DNA of 44,211 nt, taken from an uncultured Roseiflexaceae bacterium. Lineage in GTDB: Bacteria > Chloroflexota > Chloroflexia > Chloroflexales > Roseiflexaceae. The DNA lies in the NCBI GenBank assembly GCA_903889425.1, contig CAISXI010000325.1:1-44211 (forward strand), read 5' to 3'. The notes under the pieces are model-generated. The model saw nothing but the letters and a program-made list of their open reading frames with translations. It was not told where the DNA came from and did no database searches. Shown here in pieces: positions 27,301-38,200 of this stretch; position 1 is the first letter of the stretch; the number at the start of each line of letters is the position of its first letter. The translations under genes were made by a program, and so were the position numbers.

Positions 27301-29270
27301 TTAGGAATTTTGCTATATGGCGTATTTGACGGCGTCGGCACGGCTGTATTGCTCAGTGCAATGTTTGTCGATAATGCCGCACTAAAATCACTCCCACCCA
27401 CCACCAGAAACGGATTGAGGATATTTGTGGGGGCAATGGTTTGCGAATTGGTGTTCAATCCCCACCCTTGGATAGTGCCAGCGTTACTCACGCCAAGCAA
27501 GTGATAATTCCCAGCACCAATCCGTTGAAATGCGGTGGTAGGAATCGTTTTTTGACCAAATCCATCGTCACCATACACTCGGACTTGACCATCAGCCAGC
27601 AACACCATGCTATCTGCATTGCTTGCCGCAATATCAACGGCATTCGTGAGTGCAGGGATTGTGGTTTGCCCGCTATCATTGCGTCCCCACGCCACCACCG
27701 AGTTATTTCTCAACAGGGCCACGGTATGCCAACCAGCAGCCACCACTTTGGCAACCCCCATCAAGCTTGAAGCAGCCGTTTGCCCATAGCTATTATCACC
27801 CCAGCTGACAATGGTACCGTTTTTGCGGAGTGCCACCACGTGGCGAATCCCAGCACTCACTTGCACTACATCGGTGAGACTGGCAGGAATCGTCGTTTGC
27901 CCATAGGTATTGTCCCCCCACGCCACGAGGGTGCCATTGGCACGCAACGCCAATGAAAAATTCGCACCCGCAGTGACGGCAACGACTCGTAACGGGTCAG
28001 TCGCCACACGGGCGGTAGTCAGACTACTCGGCACATTAATCTGATTGGCGTCGTTATCCCCCCAAGCGACGACTTTGCTATCGCTCCGAAGCGCCACGAT
28101 ATGTCGACTACCCGCAGCAATACTTATCAATCCTTGGGTTGCCGATACAGGAATGGTCGTGATGGCACTACTGCCACCCCACACACTCAACTTACCGATG
28201 GTATTTAATTCTTGGGGTAACCGGATACTCAGTGCCGGTATGGGGGTATTTGTACTGACACTCACAGAATTTATCGTTGATTGTAGTGCGATACCCGCAT
28301 TATGACTCGGATGAACACCCAATTGAAGCACACGATTGGGTATGGAGCTGGGAATACTCGCCCCATCGTGTGGCAACGCAGTAATCAGACCATTGCGTTG
28401 TACAATTACAATTCCCCATTTGGCAACAACCAATGATTGCATTGCACTCATATTCGCGATACGCAGACAAGGACAATTACTCGTCACCGTATCCATCGTT
28501 ATCGTCGCCGCCGTCGGGGTGATATCGGCGATATCACCCCACACCACCAGCTCGCCGGTACTACGGACTGCGCCATAGACATTGCCACGGGCAAAAATCG
28601 CCGTAATATCATTCGCCACCATACTCGGTAACGCTGGCCCGCCCCATTGGTATAGACTTCCGGTACTATCGAGTGCGAGGGTGCTATCACTGCCAGCCGC
28701 TACGGCAACAATTATTTTGCCAGTAAGGTCACTAGGAATCGTGCGTTGACTTGCAATACCCGCCACTACCACCGTGCCGTTGGCCCGGAGCAACGCAGTA
28801 TGCCGATCACCAGCGGCGATGTGCACCACATCGGTGGGTAATGAAACGGTTGACGACAATACGTTGGAAGTAGCATCACCCCACAACACCACCGAACCAT
28901 CACGTTTCAAGGCGACACTATGTGAGATGCCGACACTGATTTGAATTACATCATTGAGATTCGCAGGAATCGTTAATTCGCCCTTGCGATTGATGCCCCA
29001 ACCAATCACGTTGCCGCTCGTCGTGAGTGCCAAGGCATGACGTGCGCCCATGGCGAGTTGTGCCACATTGGTAATCGCCCCTGCGGGGACTGCATGTAAG
29101 CCTGAACTCGCATTTCCCCATGTGGTCACCTGGCCAGCCACGACCGGTACTTGGCGTTGTGGCGTGGGGAGACTAATCAGCCGGTTTTGGGTGGTGGCTA
29201 TCTGCACGCCACCGATTACAATCGAAATCACGAATGCGGCAATAATGGCAATTGAAAGGTGCTGTTTCAT
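24396..29270 (-). CDS. Large secreted protein: three RCC1/BLIP-II-like propeller regions, two LamG-like domains, Thr/Pro-rich tail
   Basis: Signal/TM N-terminus; many (I/V)xAGxxHxxALxxxGxVxxWG repeats in three clusters; LamG motifs FTVSYW...WHHYACTFD...LYRDG...GSLDDIVI and FTVAYW...WHFYVC...GQLDDLLLY; AAGGAGG RBS overlapping the upstream stop codon. Confidence 0.88.
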   Translation of the reverse strand: MKQHLSIAIIAAFVISIVIGGVQIATTQNRLISLPTPQRQVPVVAGQVTTWGNASSGLHAVPAGAITNVAQLAMGARHALALTTSGNVIGWGINRKGELTIPANLNDVIQISVGISHSVALKRDGSVVLWGDATSNVLSSTVSLPTDVVHIAAGDRHTALLRANGTVVVAGIASQRTIPSDLTGKIIVAVAAGSDSTLALDSTGSLYQWGGPALPSMVANDITAIFARGNVYGAVRSTGELVVWGDIADITPTAATITMDTVTSNCPCLRIANMSAMQSLVVAKWGIVIVQRNGLITALPHDGASIPSSIPNRVLQLGVHPSHNAGIALQSTINSVSVSTNTPIPALSIRLPQELNTIGKLSVWGGSSAITTIPVSATQGLISIAAGSRHIVALRSDSKVVAWGDNDANQINVPSSLTTARVATDPLRVVAVTAGANFSLALRANGTLVAWGDNTYGQTTIPASLTDVVQVSAGIRHVVALRKNGTIVSWGDNSYGQTAASSLMGVAKVVAAGWHTVALLRNNSVVAWGRNDSGQTTIPALTNAVDIAASNADSMVLLADGQVRVYGDDGFGQKTIPTTAFQRIGAGNYHLLGVSNAGTIQGWGLNTNSQTIAPTNILNPFLVVGGSDFSAALSTNIALSNTAVPTPSNTPYSKIPNLPVFGTLPTYDGNSTWPLGDIPALSATDISDVAVTTDTIAIVHNDNSLTLNESASISGQTLPVSVTVNVQAVALGDEFGAVLKRDHTVIAWGTNAPVIPPSFARNINELRANDGHIVLLRGDGKVWSNRFAITSPAMVRHIAAGPDFAVTLRDDGLVQVWANSNDEGLLTPPNLASGVVEIAAGRYHALALRGDGRVVAWGAEQHDSGQADVPYLAQSRVVAIAAGDQSSIALRDDGTLVAWGDVPSGTSSQLATLNANRNVVAIRAGAGIVVALTKDVPVVGTTMPTRIPTQSPQLIPTLTMRPSDAAIVANQIGWFSMNDRALVTQYTGAAGPYTCAASTACPQSDPNGMRKRAARFNDTSGDELNSTGTINLTGTSFTVSYWMRRDRVNTNDVALSIGTTFAQSKYFTMGMDTENRIYCSFYGNDLRTTSWYTDNNWHHYACTFDKTSLVRKLYRDGIVVASDVASASFSGVAAPVVIGRRNDNASGLVGSLDDIVIHKVALTDSQLQDGTNLPTGDRIVDVNFDNIAFQSLAPNRTRLLCTGTNACGEVVIGSHDDEALVFTGTEQMQLSENPLFTNGFTVAYWAKRSDSSNNIVVVHGTTAAKRFTAGFNSDNKPYCAIGATKINGSIASDTNWHFYVCRFDKIAGKLGLSVDAQTPQIITATYSDSGTLFVGRAPEAGSGFKGQLDDLLLYAAPLSHATIGMLYNNTNPSSVVLTATTSATLTKSPTFTVTLTATKTATWQTKTRIPATLTIVVAYLPGTMTLTPSLTPSKTLTPSKTLTPSKTLTPSKTLTPSKTLTPSNTLTPSNTPTTSNTATNTSTPTNTRTNTATATQTATQTLTATITYTVTPNNGETNTPSITRTPLMITRSAIAKTATALFRKSPTFYVQTLTATWFAVRASQTSIVLTQSAPTATKTSTRTVTAYPIPSTPTRSATPYPLPKSAQAQVSNVIWPDLSSFYHR
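24856..24980 (-). repeat. 18-bp coding tandem repeat (TPSKTL x5, then TPSNTL and TPSNTP)
   Basis: gtcagcgtttt(a/g)ct(g/t/c)gg(c/t) units. Confidence 0.9.
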
Positions 29271-29281
29271 GATGTGCCTCC

Positions 29282-32200
29282 TTAACGGCCACTACTTGCG
29301 GGCGGTGCAACGGGACTCGAATTGGATAACAGCGGCGTATATAACCGATTAAAGGTTTGATTACTCGTAAACGTACCCGTGTATGTTTGCGTCCCTTGCG
29401 TATTTGTGGCAGTCAAGGTGTAACGGTAGCGCCGGCCTGGAATCACTCCCGTAAAGACCGCTGTCCCGGTATTGAATGAGACCGCCGCATTGACTTGTTG
29501 TGATTTGGTTTGTGTTGCCGTTTGATTCACCGTAATCACTTGTGCAGGCACATCAAAATTACCATTTGTCTGATAGATCTCGATTCCTGACAACGCGAGC
29601 ACTTCGTTTGTGCCTTCAAGCTGTAGTCGTACATACTTGCCGGTAATCCCAGGTGGCAGATCCAATACCATATTCACATCAACAGTATCAGTGACATAGT
29701 GCCAATTCCAATCTGCGCTACTGAATGTCGTATTAGGATTATCACTGACCATCACATGCAATGATGTGGTTGGCAACAAACTAATGCGGGGGCTACCTAT
29801 TATGATTTGATTCACCGGTACAGACGTTGCACCGAGCGGATATTGCCACCAGGGATTCGTTTCTAGAGTGGAAATGAATGACGTGGCGGAATTATTATCC
29901 GTAACATAATCAACATTACTCCCCTGGACAACACTCGATGCGGTGGGAGATTGCCCCATTTGCACCAAATCAGTACCACATTCGTCGGCTGGAGTACAGT
30001 ATGAGTAGTTGAGGGCGACGGCACTCGCACCACCTTGTTTCACAAAATCTGTCTCACCCCAGGCCACGACCTTGCCACTACGCGTCACCGCAGCACTCGA
30101 TGCACCACCTGCTGCCACAAAGATTACATCTGACAAACCTTCAGGAATAATCGTTTGACCTGCAGAATTTTCACCCCAAGCGACCACTGTTCCGTCTTCT
30201 TGCAAGGCCACGACATGTTCGGCCCCAACAGCGATTTGTGTCACTGTTTTGATGGTTGACGGGATGGCAAGATGGTTGTTGATGGGACTACCCCACGCCA
30301 CCACGGTACCGTCGTTGCGTAACGCCACACTAAAGTCTACACCTGCTTGCACCTGTGCTACGCCATACAAGGCTTTCGCCGGAATCGTAATTGGGTAATT
30401 AGGGCTGCTTGGGTCACAATATGCGGGGGGATCATTATCTGGATCATCAAGATCTTCACACACATCATGCCACCATGCGATAACCTTACCTGTACTCAGT
30501 AACGCCACATTATGCCGATACCCCGCATCAACACCAATGATTTTCCCGTTTTGATATGTGGTATTCAGTACAACTGTTTTGACCACGTGTGGATCGCCTT
30601 CAGGTCGGTAATATTCCGTAACCCGCCCTGCACGATCTAAGGTGAGCAAGTAATTATCCCAGGCATATTGTTCGGCAATCGAGAATTGCACCACATTGGT
30701 TATCGGAGTAGTACCGGCAATTTCATTCGATGTCAACAGATGATCAGGATCAGTATCAATCGGCCACGTATACAACACACCGTCATGATCAAGTGCTGCC
30801 GCAATGTCGTTATTCATGTCCAGCTTGGTAATCTGCTTGGTTTGAATAGCCGCAGGAATTGCCGTCTGCAAGACGGTATCACTCGTACCATCATCCTTCC
30901 AGCCCTGTACCACTGTGCCCGTATACGGCGTAGTGATGCTACTATCGAGTGCGATTTGGGCATTCACTGCGGTCACCGCATACCCTGTATCTAATTTGTA
31001 GCGAATCGTTTGTTCATTGGCATTGAGACTACCTGTGACTTGGATATCACGCATACTCGGCAGTGTTTTCACCGGCACATTGATGGTGTATTCATCACTT
31101 CTTCGTAGATTGCCCACCGCATCACGTACTACAAATTGCACTCGGTAATTGCCAGGAGCATACGTTGTCGTGTCGAGTGGCATATTCCACGTATAGGTGC
31201 GTAATGCCCGATTCAGTAGGTAATTGAGGCGCTTGACATCATTACTCGTTGCATCAACTGGAGTTAGCGCAATCGTGGCAACTTGGGACGTACCGGCATA
31301 GACATTGGCCGTCAACGATTGGATTTGCCCACCATCACTAATCGTCCCTTGGAATGGGACGCTGGCAGTGCTTGGTAATACCGTCACGGCATTTTGGAAG
31401 ACCGTGATACTTGGCGCAACGGTATCAATCCGAATCGTCGTATTTTGCGCATTACTCACGTTGCCAGCAACATCCTTGGCCCAGAATTGGATGCGGCGGG
31501 TAACGTTATCTTGATTGGCAGTATTGGCGAGGGTATATGTCCATGGCGCATTGACGCTTTGGTCATTGGTTGCACTTGTCATTACCAACTCAGCACCCGT
31601 AATATTCCCATTCGTCCCGTTGCTGGTACGATCACAGGCTAGCAGCGCCCATGTACCATTCCCCGGTTCGCTGGCAAAATCTGCCAGCGTGCCATCTGGT
31701 TTCACAAGTTTATACGTTGCACCAAGTGCAGTCGTCCCTGTCAGTGTGGTACTACCAGCCACGGCGGTATCAGCAAATGTGGCACGAATATTGACTCCGG
31801 CACCGCGGTCGGTATTCAACAAGGCCACCCGCGTACCACTCGGCGATTCGAGCCATACGTCAACTTCGTTGGCCGCACCATGGGCAATAGATGTATTGAC
31901 CGTCAATGCCCCAATCCGACTGGTACCTGCGGTAGTGACGTTAATCGGATACCGGGTATATCCTTCTAGATCTGTCGTGGCACAGGGTTGCGCGGCAATT
32001 GCCATAGTGGTAGCCACTGTCGTTGTGTAGGTTGTCGTGGGACGGATTTGGCTCGTAGTTGAGGCAATCGCACAATTTGCTTGTTGCTCATCACACACCA
32101 TCATGTCGGCAGTACTCGTGGTGTCACTCAACAAACCACTTATTTGAATAGTTTTACCACCGACATACGTCGCACCGAGCAAGTTAATTGACGCGGCATC

Positions 32201-35200
32201 AAGTTGGAAGATTGGCTTGTCGCGATCTATTTGGGCGCTATACCAGGCACTCCACGGACTCAATTGATTGTAGGTATCACTTGCACGCACCCGATAATTC
32301 ATCGTTGTAGCTGTACTTGGTACCGTAATCGCACACCGCCATTGTCCAGCAACTGCAGCACCACACCCGATAGCAGTCGTCGTACCGCTATCAAAGCGAT
32401 ATTCAAGTTGGACATTAGGAACCGTAGAATCATCCTTCACGCTACCCGTAAGTACCACATTACCGGTACGGACTACTTGTTGGTTGTCGGCGTGAATCAG
32501 CGTCGGTGCTTGGGTATCGATACGAATACCTGCATTGAGCCATTCAATGGTACGTGCCGTACTATTGAGTGCGGTAGCGCTACTATCATCGGTGATGCGC
32601 ACTTCGATTTTGGCTACCGTACTCGTTTTCATACGATCAGCATCCGATGGTTGCGATTTACGGGGGTCAATTTTGGCGCGTACTATCACTGATTGGGTAC
32701 TATTCGCGGGGATACGATCAATTTTGACGACTTGGTAATCGTAGTAGTTAGGATTGGCGACGGTATGATAATCATACACATTCCCACTAATAATCCCGGT
32801 GGTTGCCCCTGCATTCACTGTCCCAGTCAACCAAATACCACCATAGGTCCGTACAATGCCATACAACGGACGGGTCGGACGATTGCTGGTGTTTTGGATT
32901 TGTAGCGTATACGTGACAACTGAATTATCACCAACCACTGGTGTTTGTTGGCTCACCAAAGTATTGGCGAAGCCTGCCAAAATCGCAGAACCGGCTGTGG
33001 TTGTGTCAGCAAGTTGACTGACTGTTTTGCACCAACTATCACTGGTCAACACCGCACACATTGCCTGAGTTTGCATGATGGCATTGGCGATGGCATCGGG
33101 GTCGGTATTGGCAAAATTATCGATAATTGTGCGTTGATAAGTACCACCGGGTGTACTAGTCAGACTCGACACTACTTGGGTGGTGTCAGGGTTGGCCGCA
33201 TCTTTGCGTGGGCAGACCCCATCACCAAGGGTAGACCAACTATATCCGTTGAGCAACGGTGTCAAGACGATTTTGTCCGTTCCACGATCAAGCCGGGTCG
33301 GGTTGGTGGTTGGGAATACGGCCCATGGCAACAAGGCTGTTTTGGCGCTTGCAAACGCCACCATCCCAAATGGTTGACCAATGGCATAGTTGATTTGACT
33401 GAATGGAATCCGCAAATCTGTCTGATTAATACTATTTTGGGTGCCATAACGGAATTCTGGCAGCATTGATGCTCGCACCCAACTACTCGTCCCACTATCC
33501 CACCGCAACAGCGTAACCGTGTCGCTAGATTGCACGTGAATCACATAGTCGGCACCTTGGATAGTCGTGGCCCGTGGTTGTGCTTGTTGGGCATTCAGCA
33601 GGCGAGTCGCCCAACTCGCGGCACTGTTACTCAAACCGATGCTACGACCTGCCATGTTGACAGGCAAAGTCACAAAGGCATCACCAAGCGCCACGCTGTC
33701 AGACAGCGTCTGGGTGTATTTGCTAGGGCGATAGGGTTGGACAGTCCCACCGTCAACGCTATCGAGGTAAATAAACAAATCACCGTCGACATTCCAATCG
33801 GCTCCTTGCCAATTGATGCGCAGATTCTGACTATCCCATGTGGTAGTAAACCGTTGCAGTCCTTTGACGTTGCTTTCGCCGAGGGTAGCACACCCATTTC
33901 CGAGCCAGCCACGATAAATTTCATTTGTCGTGGCGATTTGGGTATAGTCGGGGGTTACCGCACTATCGACATAGACGATGGGTAATGCAGTAACGCCTTC
34001 ATTCCCGATACTATCGCGTAAACGGAGTGAGGGTACAATCCGGCTCCCTTCACGCGTCAGCATAGCAGGGCTGCGATTACCCAACGTCACACTGGTGGTC
34101 AATGATTGTGTATCGGTGATGGTTTGGACGGTATATTCCAAAACTTTGAGTGGTACTGATACCAAATCACGTAGTTGTGTCCAGCCCACATGCAAATCGA
34201 GATTATTGGTGCGCGTCACCGGTATATTTGCGGTAATCGGGGTAATCACGCCATTCACAGCTGCGTTGGTCGCTCCATTCACCACCACCGGGGGGTCGTT
34301 GTCGATTTGAATAAACGTATTCAAGATAGTAGTATGTTGGGCACTGTCTGTGGCAATAATCGACAACGGCAACGTCGGCGTTATGACCCCAACAGTACCT
34401 TGAACAATGGCTTCGGGATAAAACACACTGACATTGGTGACATCACCAACTCGGGCATCTGAATTCCCGATTTGGCTGCCCGTCAAGCGATTAATTGTCT
34501 GTATGCTCACCAAATCACTGACATCGGTAATTACTAGGCGTGCCGTAATAATCCCGTCAATGATGCGATTGAAACCAATGAACTTATCAATCAACGTAAT
34601 TTGGGGTGCTACATTATCGACAAAGAATGTATAGACCGGCGTTACCGTCTGCTTTGGGGTAATCACATCACCCGCGAGCAAGTTTTGGAGATTATCAGTG
34701 GTTAAGGCATCAGAAAAGACTGCGATGTCATCCACCATGACATTGGTTGCCGCACTATTAAGTGGCGCTGCACCCAGTACCAATGCCGCATTGGTAAACA
34801 GCCCTGGACCAGCCATAGATTCAACCAATGCGCCATCGAGATAAATCATTACGGTACTAGAATCAGTTACCACACTTGATACGACCGTAAGCAAATGCCA
34901 CGCAGTATCGGGAATCGACACTGGACTCGTTTGGGTAATCCCACTGGTATCAACCAACGAGGTATTGATCTGATTACCCGCACTATCGTAATCAAACCAC
35001 AATTTCAACGCTGGATCACTTCCGGTGAGCGGAGCAATGGTAGCAATCCGGCCTGACACACCATTACTAGGGATTTTGATCCGCATACTCACCGATCGAG
35101 AAGTTTCCATCGTTTGGGTAATGGCATAGCCCATGCGAATCCCATCGGTTGCACTACTCAACTGAAGTGCATTCCCGGTGAACCCGCTAACAATTGCCGG

Positions 35201-38200
35201 GCAGGTAATCCCCGGCGCAGTATTGCCGGCAATACAACTGTCACTGCCAACGGTATGGAGCACATCCGTAATTGGCAATGTTGCCTCGATAATCGGTGCA
35301 TAATATTGCGTTTTGGCCGTCAACAGGTTATTAAAGTTGTTAATCCCCTGTACGGTGTGACTCGTTTGGGATAGCCCAGTTAATGTAGTATCCGTTTCCA
35401 CTGCCGCCAGCGGATCACCGCTGGGGGCAGTCCAGACTGTTTGCGGCGCATTACCATCTATTTTCATTTGAATGGTTTGGACACCACTCGGTGCTTCGGC
35501 ATGGAATGTCAATGACTGCGTCGTGGTGGTATAGGCATTGGTGACATTGATAATCTGCACGCTCCCTTGCGCCGGGGCTGTACGTGACAACCGCAAGGTG
35601 TTTCGTGAGCGTGGCGCCTGTTCCGTACAATTCCCTGCTTGGTCACACAAGCGCGTCTCCAAGCGGCGGTCAGTCACGACAAATGCCTGTAATTGACTGG
35701 CTTGGCCACTATTGGCCATCGTCAAAATACTATTGTTGCTACTCACCACCCGTTTGACATTGGCGTTGGTAATCAAGGTATCACTGCGCAACGTCGGAGT
35801 AATGGAGTCAGTACTAATCATACTCAAGCGGAAACGATTGGCATTTGAGCTATCAGCACTCAATGCCACGACATCCCCACCAAGGTAGGGGGTCACATCC
35901 AAAATACGATACGGCGCTACATCTTCAGTACTCGTTGGAACGATGTGTACGTAGTTACTTTGCGCGACAATCGGATTAATCAGCGTCGCTTGCCCAGCAG
36001 CAATCGACGAAATCACCGGCACAATCCGCATCGTATTTGGCGAGGTTGGTTGCATCCCTTCGGTATAGGGTTCATCATCGTCAAGCACAATTGCCGTCGT
36101 GTCTTTGAATATCACACGATTGAGGTAACTACCCGTACGATATGACGATTTATACTGCATCGTGCCGTTCGGGTTGACTTGCCAAAACGCGACGCCACCG
36201 ATACCCTGTGCCAAAGCCACAATATCGTAGCTCGCATCCATATCGTAACTTGTAACCGAGGCATCGAGCGAGGTACTGGTGATTTGGGTAGGTTGGTCGG
36301 GATTCGATACTTGCACACTAATAATCTGTTGCGGCGTACTGTTGACTAACAGCTGCAAGAAATTATCTGTGTATACACTTGCATCATAATAACTCGTCAA
36401 CGCACCATCTTGGAGCGTTGCCCCCGTAGCAAGTGGGACTGCGACACTGCCACGTAGTGTCAGCGTACTGTTATTGGTGGGAATATCAAAAATTGTGATA
36501 ATTACCCTGTTGGTCGGCGTATTGCTCGTACTTAATGCATAAAGTCGATTTTTATTGCGACTCATCAACAACTGTAGCACTGTACCCACTACTGGTAGCG
36601 AATTTTGCACGAGGTTGACGGTGTTTTGGGTATCGATGACACTTACGGTATTTACCCCACCGGCATAGGCATACCGTGACCCGAATACAATGCTCTTGGT
36701 GGTACTAATGGGTTGGGCAAGTTGTTGCACCACATCTGGCGTGTCGCCATAGACACACCCGCCATCGAGGTGCGTTGGCTCAATGAACGATCCGTCAAAG
36801 GCACTGCTCCGTACGCGGTACCACAATGACGTCGCCACCGAAAGCGTTTTTTCAAAACGTGACCCACACGGTGTTTGCAAGAGATTGACATTGAGATTAC
36901 GTTCGTCGATTTGCACGGTATAGCTGTACAAATTCGTATTTGCGATGGGGATTTCACGAGCTTTAACGTCGGGCGCACGGGTATCGATACGGCCATCCCA
37001 CAATGTTTGCTCACCCACACCCACGCGGGTATTATCATTGCGGTCCGTGGTAGTGCTTTGAATTTTGGCATCAATCTCGAGCCCACTCGGCAATTGTCGT
37101 TGCCAACTAAAGCCATCTTCACGGGCTGTCAACGCACTTGCGCGCCAGCTCATCGCCCCCAGCGTGGTGATGTTCACCGAAGTCAAGTCATGCCGGTACA
37201 GCCGGAAGTCGTCGATGCTGGCCGTCGTGCTGTTTAAATTCAGTACCAGTGCCTGATTGATTTCAATTTCAGGCAACGCTAATACTTGGTTTGGTCCTTC
37301 GATTTGGACACGTACAAAGCGACCCATGGTACCGTACGGTAATTGAAGTACCGTAATAGCCCCAAGATCACCAGGAATAAATGTATGCCAGACCGCACTA
37401 CTATCGGCCGTACTGTAACTCGTGTTGGCATCATTACTCACGATGACATGCAGACGATGCAATGTAGTTGCGCTATCGGGAATATTGCGGATGACAATTT
37501 GATCAATCCGGACTGGATCTGTACCTAGCGGGTATTGCCACCACGGGTTTGTTTCAGAGTTGGTGGTAAATACCGTGGTCGCATTACTATCTGCGGCATT
37601 GTCGCGATTACTGCCGGTTGCAGTGCTCGATGCCGTCGGTGATTCACCAGTCTGTACTAATTTAGTCAGGTTATTAGTAATCGTGTCATTACCACCCGTT
37701 GCCACCGTACCCGTTATCACGTTTTGACCATCCACCCACAAGGCCATGGTTTTCCCATCAGAATTCATCACCACATGCATAGGTGTCGTAGTCTGGGTAA
37801 TCACATCACCCGTGGTAATGCTTTGGTTCCAATGGCTGAATTTCAGCTTAGCGCCGATTTTTTCGAGCACAAATGCGCCGTTTGCCCCAGAGGCACTCCC
37901 CTCACGATTACGGGCAATCACGCCACTACTCGACGTACTATTAAACTTCAGCCATGTCGAAATGCTCCACGGCTCGTTGGGATTGACCCAACTCAAGCCA
38001 CGGCTATCGATGTGATTGACCACCGTCGTCGCACCGCTATTCAAGGCGCCACTTCCCACCAGACCTGGGGTGGCTTGGGTGTTGCGGTAATTGGATGGCT
38101 GGGCAAACAACGAATCATCGGGTCGCGTGCTATCCGCACTGGTATCGATTGTGTCAAAGGTTTCGAAATACACTGGGCCGTTGCCAAAAACCAATGACCG

